Shown: piece after piece, positions 38,243 to 47,106 of the stretch
How the letters are laid out: the number at the start of each line of letters is the position of its first letter
How positions within the stretch are numbered: position 1 is the stretch's first letter
Program-made: the position numbers and the translations under genes
The notes under the pieces: model-generated
What the model was told of the DNA's origin: nothing
The model's database searches: none
What the model saw: the letters and a program-made list of their open reading frames with translations, nothing else
From: a virus
Taxonomy: Duplodnaviria; Caudoviricetes
DNA: 64,000 nt
IMG/VR virus record: IMGVR_UViG_3300008262_000001
Strand: one strand, 5' to 3'

Positions 38243-39682
38243 TTAATTGTTTTGTTTGAAAGATACACCAGGGATTCCAGAAGGTTTAGCATTATTATTA
38301 CTAAATCTTACTGGCTTTGATAAAGACTCACCATCATTTCTGTCAGGAAATAATCTTTTTCTAGAAGATCCTTTAAGTTTTTTGTCATCCTCAGCATCAG
38401 CTACAACTTCTGTTTCTGGAGAAATGGTAGCAAGTTTTCCGATAAATCCAGATCTTATAATTCCTCCGAAGACTTCACAATTTATTTCTTTGTCTTTATT
38501 ATCAATGTAGGTTTCATGAATAGCATTACTAAACATGATATCAGAGTGCATAATTTTTGAATTATAAACCTCGTTACCTGCAATCAAATCACAATCTTCA
38601 AGAGAGCAATTGTTCAACTTAGTAGAAAATAATCTACAGTTGAAAAGGTTGCCTGTGATTTCAGATTCAAGAATATCGTAGTCCTTAAGCAAATAAGCTT
38701 TGGCTGTTTTAATATCCTTGATTTGGAATTTTCCAAGGTTGCTATCGTAGTTCAATTGTCCCTCTTTGATTCCATTTTCAACGATCAAATCATAAAGAAC
38801 ATCCCTTATGTTTAGGAAAAAAGATCTTAGTATTTGAGGATCAGATCTTAAATCAATCATCACCTGTAAGTGTGGATAATTTTTCTGGAAAGCATCCGGA
38901 TTTATGAAGGTTGATGAACTTTTATAAATTTCGTTCAAGAATGTTTTCAATATCTTCAAATCATTCTGAGTGAATATGTTGTTAGATTGTAAAGTCTGTA
39001 TAGTGTAAGTTGCTACATAATCTATGACTTCCTTAATCTGTGTATATTTTCTCTGATAATCTTTTCCTCCTAGGTATCGTACCTCAAAATAGCCATCGCT
39101 TAATTTCAAGAAATTTATTCCCATATTCTTCTCTACTGGGACTTCAAAAAGGTTCTTATCAATAAATGACAGTGTTGATGGATCTACAAATTTATTAGAA
39201 GGAATAACCCTTTTTATAGATTTAGCATAAAGAGAGTTTGCTCTCTCAGCAAACGATTTGTAAACTATATTCTCATCAAATCCCAATACAAATTTAAGTA
39301 TATTGAGTTGGGAAACTGGAGGTATTTCCGGATAAATTGAGGTGTCAATATCGATCCCAAATTGGAAAGCACATTTTTTATCAGTGTAACCATAAAGATC
39401 GATCCACTTCAAAGTTCTGATAAGAATAGGGATAGCTTCGTAGTAAGGAAGTGGACCTGTGATTAGTTCCACCATCTTAGATCCACCAGAATAATCTGGC
39501 TCTAATTTGAAAATATCGGCAGAAGGCTTAAGCTTCGAATGATATTTGTTTAGAACTACTATTTTTTTTCCTAATTCCTTACCCAGATTTTGAGCAATTT
39601 CTTCTCTATTCAAGTTGCTATAGAACTCAAATTCAAAACCAAGCTTCACTGAATAAAAAAAATTGCTTTTATTTAAATCCAT
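38243..39682 (-). CDS. Amidoligase-like protein with C-terminal beta-helix-like region
   Basis: LGFEFEF, LEPDYSGG, VELITGPL, YFEVRYLGG; C-term NCSLEDCDL / NSKIMHSDI short repeats. Confidence 0.55.
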   Translation of the reverse strand: MDLNKSNFFYSVKLGFEFEFYSNLNREEIAQNLGKELGKKIVVLNKYHSKLKPSADIFKLEPDYSGGSKMVELITGPLPYYEAIPILIRTLKWIDLYGYTDKKCAFQFGIDIDTSIYPEIPPVSQLNILKFVLGFDENIVYKSFAERANSLYAKSIKRVIPSNKFVDPSTLSFIDKNLFEVPVEKNMGINFLKLSDGYFEVRYLGGKDYQRKYTQIKEVIDYVATYTIQTLQSNNIFTQNDLKILKTFLNEIYKSSSTFINPDAFQKNYPHLQVMIDLRSDPQILRSFFLNIRDVLYDLIVENGIKEGQLNYDSNLGKFQIKDIKTAKAYLLKDYDILESEITGNLFNCRLFSTKLNNCSLEDCDLIAGNEVYNSKIMHSDIMFSNAIHETYIDNKDKEINCEVFGGIIRSGFIGKLATISPETEVVADAEDDKKLKGSSRKRLFPDRNDGESLSKPVRFSNNNAKPSGIPGVSFKQNN

Positions 39683-39686
39683 GTTT

Positions 39687-39694
39687 TATATATT
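39687..39694 (-). promoter_or_regulatory. AATATATA motif
   Basis: 4 nt upstream of ATG 39682, just downstream of the terminator. Confidence 0.6.
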
Positions 39695-39730
39695 CTTAAA
39701 CTAGAAAATAAAGTTCTAGCACTGGGAACA

Positions 39731-39769
39731 AAAAAAGAGTTTTACTTATTTATCACAAGTAAAACTCTT
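39731..39769 (-). terminator. Rho-independent terminator after the S1 gene
   Basis: Perfect 13-bp inverted repeat AAGAGTTTTACTT (39735-39747) / AAGTAAAACTCTT (39757-39769), 9-nt loop, followed by a T-run on the minus strand. Confidence 0.75.
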
Positions 39770-39794
39770 ATTATAATTTGGAATTATTAAAGGA

Positions 39795-40904
39795 TTAAAC
39801 CTCCGCTAATTGTATTTTGAAGGAGGATAAGTCAACGTTCGAAACCGAGCAGTTCACAAATTGACCAACCTCATACTCTTTAATTGACTTCATTAATCTT
39901 TCTCTTTCGATCAATCCATTGAGACCATTTTCTAGCTTAACAAAAGCACCGAAAGTCTTGATTTTTGTGATTTCAGCTTTATAAGTTTTAAGCTGTGTGT
40001 CATCCCCAACTACTTCAGAAGAAGAATCTTTAAGCTCCTGAATGCTTTTAAGTTTCTCGTTTGGCTCAGTAACCGATAGAGTAATCCTTTGTGGATTCTT
40101 AATGTCAGTTACAAAGAAAGTTACGGGGTCTCCAGTCTTCAGACTTTGGAGTTTAGCAGAGTTAGCTTCGTCAAAAGGAATAATACCAGTGAATATTTCA
40201 TCCCATTCAACAAACACACCGTTACCAGAAGCACCTGTAACTATACCATCATACTTGTTAGAGAAAGAAAGTTTTTGAACCTCCCCGTCAATAATTTTTC
40301 TCAAGTACTTTTTAAATGATACTACGAAAATGTCTCTTTTCTGATCATAAATCTCAACCATTACAGTGAGTTCTTTTCCAACATAATCTGCAAAATTCAT
40401 GATTCTGTTTGCAGCAGCTAAGCTTCCGGGTAAGAAACATTGAATTCCTGAAAGATCGACCATAAATCCACCGTTACAAACTTCTTTTACTTTAACTTTG
40501 AAAGCACAATTATCATCCTTGATTGCTCTATGAAGTTCAGACTTAAGAGCTTTTTCGTATCCTGCTGAAACAGAACCATAAAAAGCACCTGAAGGATCTT
40601 TATGTACAACAACTTCTAAAACCTGTCCCTCTGACATTTCGATCAAAGGATATCCTAATTTCGTAAGACTTTTTTGTTCTTTGTTTGTATCGATAACAAT
40701 GCTTTGACCAAACTGAGTCTCCCCAAGAGCTATGCCTTTTTCTGTGTCGTATCTGCTAATAATAACTCTAGTTGAGGAGTTATTTTTTAAATCCTTACCT
40801 TCTGTTTGGTTGATATCCTGTGGTAATGATTTCTCGTATAGTTTTTCTAGTACATCTCTTTCACTTTCATCGTAATCGAAGTACGTGTAATTGTTCCTTT
40901 TCAT
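39795..40904 (-). CDS. rpsA: Ribosomal protein S1 (bS1) homolog
   Basis: Tandem S1 domains, e.g. VKVKEVCNGGFMVDLSGIQCFLPGS...VGKEL...VVS and AEITKIKTFGAFVKLENGLNGLI. Confidence 0.88.
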   Translation of the reverse strand: MKRNNYTYFDYDESERDVLEKLYEKSLPQDINQTEGKDLKNNSSTRVIISRYDTEKGIALGETQFGQSIVIDTNKEQKSLTKLGYPLIEMSEGQVLEVVVHKDPSGAFYGSVSAGYEKALKSELHRAIKDDNCAFKVKVKEVCNGGFMVDLSGIQCFLPGSLAAANRIMNFADYVGKELTVMVEIYDQKRDIFVVSFKKYLRKIIDGEVQKLSFSNKYDGIVTGASGNGVFVEWDEIFTGIIPFDEANSAKLQSLKTGDPVTFFVTDIKNPQRITLSVTEPNEKLKSIQELKDSSSEVVGDDTQLKTYKAEITKIKTFGAFVKLENGLNGLIERERLMKSIKEYEVGQFVNCSVSNVDLSSFKIQLAEV

Positions 40905-40962
40905 TAATTTTTTGGTTTGTTGATTTTTTTAGTAGATAATTGGATTTAAATTTCCAATTTTT

Positions 40963-43900
40963 TTAATATTTTTTTACATTAAATGCTTTTTGTAATTCGG
41001 AAGGGAGTTCAGGAATTGGATAAACTGGATCAGCTGCACCTAAGAAGAATTTAAATAGTCCAGAAACATCAGCTGCACTTCTTAAAAATTCATCGATATA
41101 GACAACATAATAAGCGTTTTTAAGGCTCATTCTTCTCCATGAGGGATGGTCATCTGATAAGATGATTGGATTAATTAAGTTTATAACATTTCTTCCTAAT
41201 AATACTGTAAGTGGCCATGGAATTTTGGTAAGTATATTCGAAGACAATTCAACTGCAGGATTTACTATATTTCCAAGTAGTGGGGATTTTGGCAAACCCT
41301 TAAAGTATTTCCAGAATAAGCTGTAAACTATTCTTGCAGGAGGGGGTGCACCCATTCCAATTAGGGCTTGTTCTATCATGTCGGTAGGTCGAGCTTTTGG
41401 TATAACTGGAATTTGTGTCAGATTTAAAAAATCAGGGATATTTGGAGACTCTGGATTTAAACTCTCTCTAACTAAATTCCTAGCTATTTTCTGAATATCC
41501 TGCGGATTTAAATTTGTAAACTTAGGAGAATCTATATTATCAATTTCAGGAAGCAGTTGCTCTAATAAACCTCCATCTAATAAGGATGTTACTGTTTCAA
41601 TAATAAAATTCTTAATTATAGTACCAGGTATAGTTACCTGAATTATTCCACCTAAACCTTGTGTTTGTGAAACTTGATCTTGTTTGGGAGGGAAAACTGT
41701 AGGGATTTCAAAAGCTGAGATAGCATTACCAAAACCTCCATTAAGTGATTCCAAGCAACAATACGGACCTTCGGGATGCGGAAAATCAGAAACTAAAGGT
41801 TCTTCAAGGTCCAGAGGTCTTTCGGGATCAAATGGACCCCTTCTAGAAAGTCCTAATTTTTTCGATATTAATTTTTTTAAATCCTTAACTCTTATAACTA
41901 GAATTGGATTTTCTCCATCATACCTAACATATCTTGAGAAGTCCTCTCTTGAATATATTATTTTAGACATACCCTCCATAATCCTTAGGTACATCGCAGT
42001 AAGAAGAGGATTTTTAATTTTAATAATTTTGAGAGGAACAGGTGCAATATTTGAAACTTGAACAGGAGGAAACACAAAAGGTCCTTGTTTTTCACAATCA
42101 TCAATTATTGAAAATGCTCCCTTTCTAACTTTTTTAATTACCGAGAATTTGTTTCCCTTTAGTATAATATGGGTTATTGCAAGAGATGCTGATCTAATTT
42201 CTTTAACTAGATCTTCAAATTCTTCCTTTTCCATAGTTCTTGGATCCTTATCTAATCTCAAGAAAATTTTATTCGGATTCGAAACGTTTAAGTTGTCCAA
42301 AATATATTTGGGTGGAGAAGGTACTTTGATTAATTTAAGAACCTCCCTCATTTCGTCTTTGAAGTTAATACTGTCCCCACACTTTAACGGTACAAAACTA
42401 GCTTTCATATCCTTAAGAATTCTCAAAGACTTAACTATTCCAGGAACGTCGATTTTAAGCTTGTCTTTATCCTGTGGGTAATAAATGGATTTAGGATTAG
42501 GTATCCCTGTTTTTAAATAATCCTTTATTACAGTTTTAAGAGTTTCCTTCCTTTGTGCAATTATTAATTCCAACTGCTCTCTTTCTTCATCCACGTTTGG
42601 CTGAGGAACGTCCAGCAGTGCTGCTTTTTTGTCATACTCTTTCCTTTTTGATAAAATCGAATTCTTAAGGTCTATTTCTCTTTGTTGTGCTTCCCTTAAA
42701 GCTTCAATATTACCAGGAGGAGGAACACTGTCAAAAATTTTTGTCAGATTAGTTTGAAGATCACTAAGAATCCTATTTGGAGAATCCACGTCATCTTGTC
42801 CAAAACCTGGGAGTGGAATAAGTTTATCAGGAATACCAAAAGAAAGAATCTGCTTGATTTTTTCAAGAGGGTCTTTAAGTTCAGGATCAGATTTTCTTGG
42901 GATAAATCTTGGACCTCTGATTCCTGTTAAGAATAAAGAACTTCCAGTTATAAACTCCTTTAAGTACACTAGAGGAGTAGGCATAAAACCTCCAATAAAT
43001 GGAATGAAAATTACGATTACTCCTAAATTAAGTGGAAGTGGAATAATAATAGGATCTACTATTGTCCATATCATAGGCAAAGGGATCCTAATAAAAGGCT
43101 GTCCGTCCACAGGATTAGGTACAGGAATAGGAATAAAAGCAGGTGGTAAATAACCAACCGGCCAATATTTTAAACCAAGTCTCACTGATGGTCCTCCAGA
43201 AAGAAAGAAACTAGTTTTTTCAATTGGAGGCAATCCATTAGGATACGGCAGTAACCCAACTTTAGTTACATCTTTACAAAACTGTTTCCACCAACATCTT
43301 TGAAATATAGTTGGACAGTCCGAACTAGGTGGGGACGATGTTAGATAATTAGCATATTTAAAATCCGATCCAGCTGGACCACAGCATTGCGGTGGACAAT
43401 TAACTGAATTTCCGTTATCAACGTTTCCTCCATCGCCATCTCCAGCACCACCAGCACCCGCACATTTAAGATCAGAAAACTCCTTATCCAAAGCTTCAGG
43501 AGTAAGGGATTGCTCGTTTTCAGTTCTTTTCTGTGCTGCAATGAGCATCAGTTCTTCAATTTGCTCTATCTTTTCTTTGATGTTAGTAAAATTTTCAAAT
43601 ATTCTAATTCCGATAACATCTAATAAAGGCAAAGTGTTTCCTAGTGCATTTCCAGCCTGTCTTGCTAATCCTTTTATTTCATTGAGTTTAGGCTCGACAT
43701 AAACCTGTTTGTTTTGTTGGTATTTAGCATCCCATTTAGGTTTAAAGTTTCCATAGAAATCTGTGAAAACTTCATTAGGTTCGCCATCTGCAGTAAAAGT
43801 ACCAGGTCTAAGCTTGCTTGGATTCCTAGCATCGTTATCTCCTCTTTCCTGTGGAGAAAAGAAAAGCCAATTTGAGGCAGATTTTTCAATAAGCTCACCA

Positions 43901-46212
43901 TAAAGAATTCCCCTGTCCTCGTTAATCTGGTTTATGATAGTCTGTTTGGATTTATTCGTATTCAATACATCTTCAAAAAATCCGAAAAAATCTCCAACAT
44001 CAGGAAATCCAGTTTTAAGGTTCACAATTTCTAAGAATTGGTAAGAAGCCAAATATTCCGTGGAATATTCAGCTAATAAACCACCATTACCTGCGTGTTC
44101 GTTTCCTAGTTTGATTTTTTCTTGGTCTGGTTCAGGAACTTCCTGCAAAGGATTTGATGGCTCCCCAGTCATAGAAATTTTACCAGGTTTTTTGACATTC
44201 TTATAAGGTAAAGGATCTCCTAGATCAGACATGAAAGACACCTTAAATTGAAGTTCAGCCCTGGCCCTGTTAAATTCTGGTCTTGCAAATCGAACAGAAA
44301 ATTCTTGGATCTTGTTTATAAAAGGGTATCCATCTGTGGCATATTCCTCGTTACTGCTAGAATATGCAGAGAAAACCCTCTCATTACGTTCAAGTTGAGC
44401 ACTAGATTGTCCATATAGATCTCCTGAATCACCTGATGTTCCTATGAGCGCAGCTTCTATATCATTAAGGTCTAAATCTCTTCCAGTTCTTGATTGTAGT
44501 GTTTCGATATTAGCATTTTTAAGTGCTGTGAGTTCATTTTTTTGGTTTATTAAAGAGTCAACAAAATCTTTTTTAACCAGTATGTTCCTAATCGATTCAA
44601 TATTAGTTTCAAAAGAAGCTAATCCTTCGTCCAATCGATAAGCTTGTTTTGATTGATCAAAAGCAACCGGAGAGTTTCCTGCTTCGATATTTTCTTTAAA
44701 TAAGTCCTTTAGGTCTTTCCTTTCAAGTTCAGTATCAGCAAAGGAAAGGTCGAACAGTTTTCGCGTGAAAACTGGATTATTAGAAAGGAAGAGATTATAA
44801 ACGTTTTCTATATCAGTAACTTCTTGCTGTACTTGTTGTTCCAGAATTGGTTCTTGGTCAGTAAGGGTTAAAATTGAAATTCCAAGTTCGTAATCACTAA
44901 GAGATCCTCCATTCGAAAACGGAAATCTTAATTGCCAGGCATCTTGCAAAGACTTTTGGTATTCGAATATGATTTCATAGTGATAAAGAATTTCCTCTAG
45001 AAATCTTTCTATAACTTGCCAACGAGCTGTTTCCTTATTTTTTTTATCTATTTTGTTAGACTTTTCTAATGCAGAGTCTATACATGCTTGGATTGCATCA
45101 ACATCTACATTAGCTGCTGGTGGATCCTCCTGATCAACATTGGATCCTGTCAAGTCATTGGATCCTGTCAAGTCATTTATTCCAGAGAAGTCAAAGGCAG
45201 GTGGATCGCAGAATTCTCCAGATATCTCTTCAACATCAGATTTGGTTGATATGATGTCTCCAGTAATTGGATCTTCAGGAAGGCCTGGATCGCAATCATC
45301 ATTAATGATAGGATCATCTCCATCCGGAAAAAAATTAGCATCATATCCATCTTGTCGATTTGATGCGAATCTTCCCAGTCCTGAAAAGTTTCCATCACTG
45401 TCGAATTCCAAACCTGATCCTTCCCTTGAATCATTTTCTGGATCATTCTCTGAATCATTATCAGCATCTCCGTTTAAATCCAGATCTTTAAAATCACATT
45501 TTTTAGAATTTTTAAGCTGATCTCCTAGAACTCTATTAATATCACTGAGGGCTTGGTCATTTGTAATCGAAGGTCCTCCAAGTTTAACATGGACAACTCT
45601 TTTACCTGACATTATAAATTCCAAAGGAATTTTGTATCCAAGAATATTGAGCTCTCTTTTTTTCTTTGCACCTGAATTTGAGGGTTTTCCAAGTACTAGA
45701 GGATCAAGATTGTCGAACAAAGATTCGTTTGTCTTCTCTAAAAATTTGGGGTCCTTTTGTCCAAGAAATTTCACAATACCTGTTGAAGAAATATCCCGTT
45801 CTTTTTTGAAAGTTGGAATATTTGTTTGCACGCCCAAATCATCCACTATAAAGGTCTTTTCGTCTAAACTACCAGAGTTTTTGAGTTCTTCGTATAAGTC
45901 CCTGTTTTCAGTCTTTAATGATTCCAACAGAATTTGAGAATATAAAGAATCACCTTCATATTTACACGCCAGGTCTTCTATTTTAGAAAGAGGAATAGGT
46001 GGTGGTCCTGGCTCAAGACTTTTAATAAGTTCCTCTACTTCTTTTTCAGATTTTTCAAGTTCTTTATTGAATCCTTCCTCTGATTGTAAATCCTCGTAAG
46101 GTAAATCAATTTGTTGACCAGTAATTGTTTGTACTATTTGCTCAGTAGTAAGATTTTCAAAATCTTGACCAAGTAAATCATCTATTCTTGATTCTATACT
46201 TTCAGATGCCAT
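40963..46212 (-). CDS. Large hypothetical virion protein (1749 aa), Pro-rich hydrophobic core
   Basis: Directly downstream of the gp5-like gene; acidic N-region, Cys clusters, PIPVP-rich hydrophobic segments. Confidence 0.6.
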   Translation of the reverse strand: MASESIESRIDDLLGQDFENLTTEQIVQTITGQQIDLPYEDLQSEEGFNKELEKSEKEVEELIKSLEPGPPPIPLSKIEDLACKYEGDSLYSQILLESLKTENRDLYEELKNSGSLDEKTFIVDDLGVQTNIPTFKKERDISSTGIVKFLGQKDPKFLEKTNESLFDNLDPLVLGKPSNSGAKKKRELNILGYKIPLEFIMSGKRVVHVKLGGPSITNDQALSDINRVLGDQLKNSKKCDFKDLDLNGDADNDSENDPENDSREGSGLEFDSDGNFSGLGRFASNRQDGYDANFFPDGDDPIINDDCDPGLPEDPITGDIISTKSDVEEISGEFCDPPAFDFSGINDLTGSNDLTGSNVDQEDPPAANVDVDAIQACIDSALEKSNKIDKKNKETARWQVIERFLEEILYHYEIIFEYQKSLQDAWQLRFPFSNGGSLSDYELGISILTLTDQEPILEQQVQQEVTDIENVYNLFLSNNPVFTRKLFDLSFADTELERKDLKDLFKENIEAGNSPVAFDQSKQAYRLDEGLASFETNIESIRNILVKKDFVDSLINQKNELTALKNANIETLQSRTGRDLDLNDIEAALIGTSGDSGDLYGQSSAQLERNERVFSAYSSSNEEYATDGYPFINKIQEFSVRFARPEFNRARAELQFKVSFMSDLGDPLPYKNVKKPGKISMTGEPSNPLQEVPEPDQEKIKLGNEHAGNGGLLAEYSTEYLASYQFLEIVNLKTGFPDVGDFFGFFEDVLNTNKSKQTIINQINEDRGILYGELIEKSASNWLFFSPQERGDNDARNPSKLRPGTFTADGEPNEVFTDFYGNFKPKWDAKYQQNKQVYVEPKLNEIKGLARQAGNALGNTLPLLDVIGIRIFENFTNIKEKIEQIEELMLIAAQKRTENEQSLTPEALDKEFSDLKCAGAGGAGDGDGGNVDNGNSVNCPPQCCGPAGSDFKYANYLTSSPPSSDCPTIFQRCWWKQFCKDVTKVGLLPYPNGLPPIEKTSFFLSGGPSVRLGLKYWPVGYLPPAFIPIPVPNPVDGQPFIRIPLPMIWTIVDPIIIPLPLNLGVIVIFIPFIGGFMPTPLVYLKEFITGSSLFLTGIRGPRFIPRKSDPELKDPLEKIKQILSFGIPDKLIPLPGFGQDDVDSPNRILSDLQTNLTKIFDSVPPPGNIEALREAQQREIDLKNSILSKRKEYDKKAALLDVPQPNVDEEREQLELIIAQRKETLKTVIKDYLKTGIPNPKSIYYPQDKDKLKIDVPGIVKSLRILKDMKASFVPLKCGDSINFKDEMREVLKLIKVPSPPKYILDNLNVSNPNKIFLRLDKDPRTMEKEEFEDLVKEIRSASLAITHIILKGNKFSVIKKVRKGAFSIIDDCEKQGPFVFPPVQVSNIAPVPLKIIKIKNPLLTAMYLRIMEGMSKIIYSREDFSRYVRYDGENPILVIRVKDLKKLISKKLGLSRRGPFDPERPLDLEEPLVSDFPHPEGPYCCLESLNGGFGNAISAFEIPTVFPPKQDQVSQTQGLGGIIQVTIPGTIIKNFIIETVTSLLDGGLLEQLLPEIDNIDSPKFTNLNPQDIQKIARNLVRESLNPESPNIPDFLNLTQIPVIPKARPTDMIEQALIGMGAPPPARIVYSLFWKYFKGLPKSPLLGNIVNPAVELSSNILTKIPWPLTVLLGRNVINLINPIILSDDHPSWRRMSLKNAYYVVYIDEFLRSAADVSGLFKFFLGAADPVYPIPELPSELQKAFNVKKY
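45138..45173. repeat. Perfect 18-bp tandem duplication (NDLTGS x2)
   Basis: CATTGGATCCTGTCAAGT occurs twice in tandem, in frame. Confidence 0.9.
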
Positions 46213-46214
46213 TG

Positions 46215-47090
46215 TTATCCTCCTGTTGCTCCTGTTCCTCCAGTAGCAGAACTAGGTAAAGATACAGGTTGGCTATTTTGTGCTGGGACTGTAGGAAGGT
46301 CTGGTAAGTTTTCCCTTGTTACCCTTACTGTCTGACTAGTTGCAAGCTGTTCAAAGCTTTGTGCTAATGTGGAACTTACACCAGGTGTTACTGGAAGTTT
46401 AGCATCTACTGCGATGGCTAACTTCTTCAGAAAATCCCAAAGAGGCTCAGCACAAATCGCTGAGAAAACCGGGGAATGTCCGAGGTTGGTAGTTTTTCCG
46501 TCCATCCAAACTTCCTCAGAAGAATGCTTAATTCTAGTAACTGCAGTATTCTCTATCTCTTGGTCAGCATACTTAGTGATTTTACCTCCTTTTAGCTCAA
46601 TAGACGAAGTATCGTCCGCATGAGTGATCAATATCGAGTTATCGTTTCGAATGATGATTTTGGACTCCTTTAGATCGATTACAAGACCTTTCTCTACAGT
46701 GTAATAAATTTTTAATCTCTCGATTCCATCATAAATAAGGGAATGAGCTCCATCGTAACTTGCCCTGATTTCATCGATGAGATCTGGAGAAAGTTCCTGC
46801 ACTGCTTTGTATTCTGGACTGTAATAGTTGCCATTATTGAATTGGACGTGTACAACTGAACCTAATTTAGGAACAGACATTCTTCCAGATCCTCCACCTA
46901 GACCATAACTCATATCAAATCTTTGGTGTGACCAGGGCAAATCCTCATCACCAACCCCATCATAAACTCCGAATATCCTAATTTTTGCTCTGCCTTTAAA
47001 TTCTGGATCTTTGTTGTCAATTACAACACCTAGAAAGTGAGCAACTTCAATATTACTATCAATTAAATGTTCTCTTGATATCAGTGTCAT
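46215..47090 (-). CDS. Baseplate hub/spike protein, gp5 N-terminal OB-fold type (no lysozyme domain)
   Basis: GVVIDNKDPEFKGRAKIRIFG...DLPW...VPKLGSVVHVQFNNG OB-fold motif followed by short beta-helix strands. Confidence 0.8.
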   Translation of the reverse strand: MTLISREHLIDSNIEVAHFLGVVIDNKDPEFKGRAKIRIFGVYDGVGDEDLPWSHQRFDMSYGLGGGSGRMSVPKLGSVVHVQFNNGNYYSPEYKAVQELSPDLIDEIRASYDGAHSLIYDGIERLKIYYTVEKGLVIDLKESKIIIRNDNSILITHADDTSSIELKGGKITKYADQEIENTAVTRIKHSSEEVWMDGKTTNLGHSPVFSAICAEPLWDFLKKLAIAVDAKLPVTPGVSSTLAQSFEQLATSQTVRVTRENLPDLPTVPAQNSQPVSLPSSATGGTGATGG

Positions 47091-47106
47091 ACTAAATTAT
47101 AGAATT

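Noticed and set aside
45138-45173. 18-bp perfect tandem duplication
   Set aside because: In-frame slippage event in a low-complexity linker; listed as a feature but with no evidence of function.
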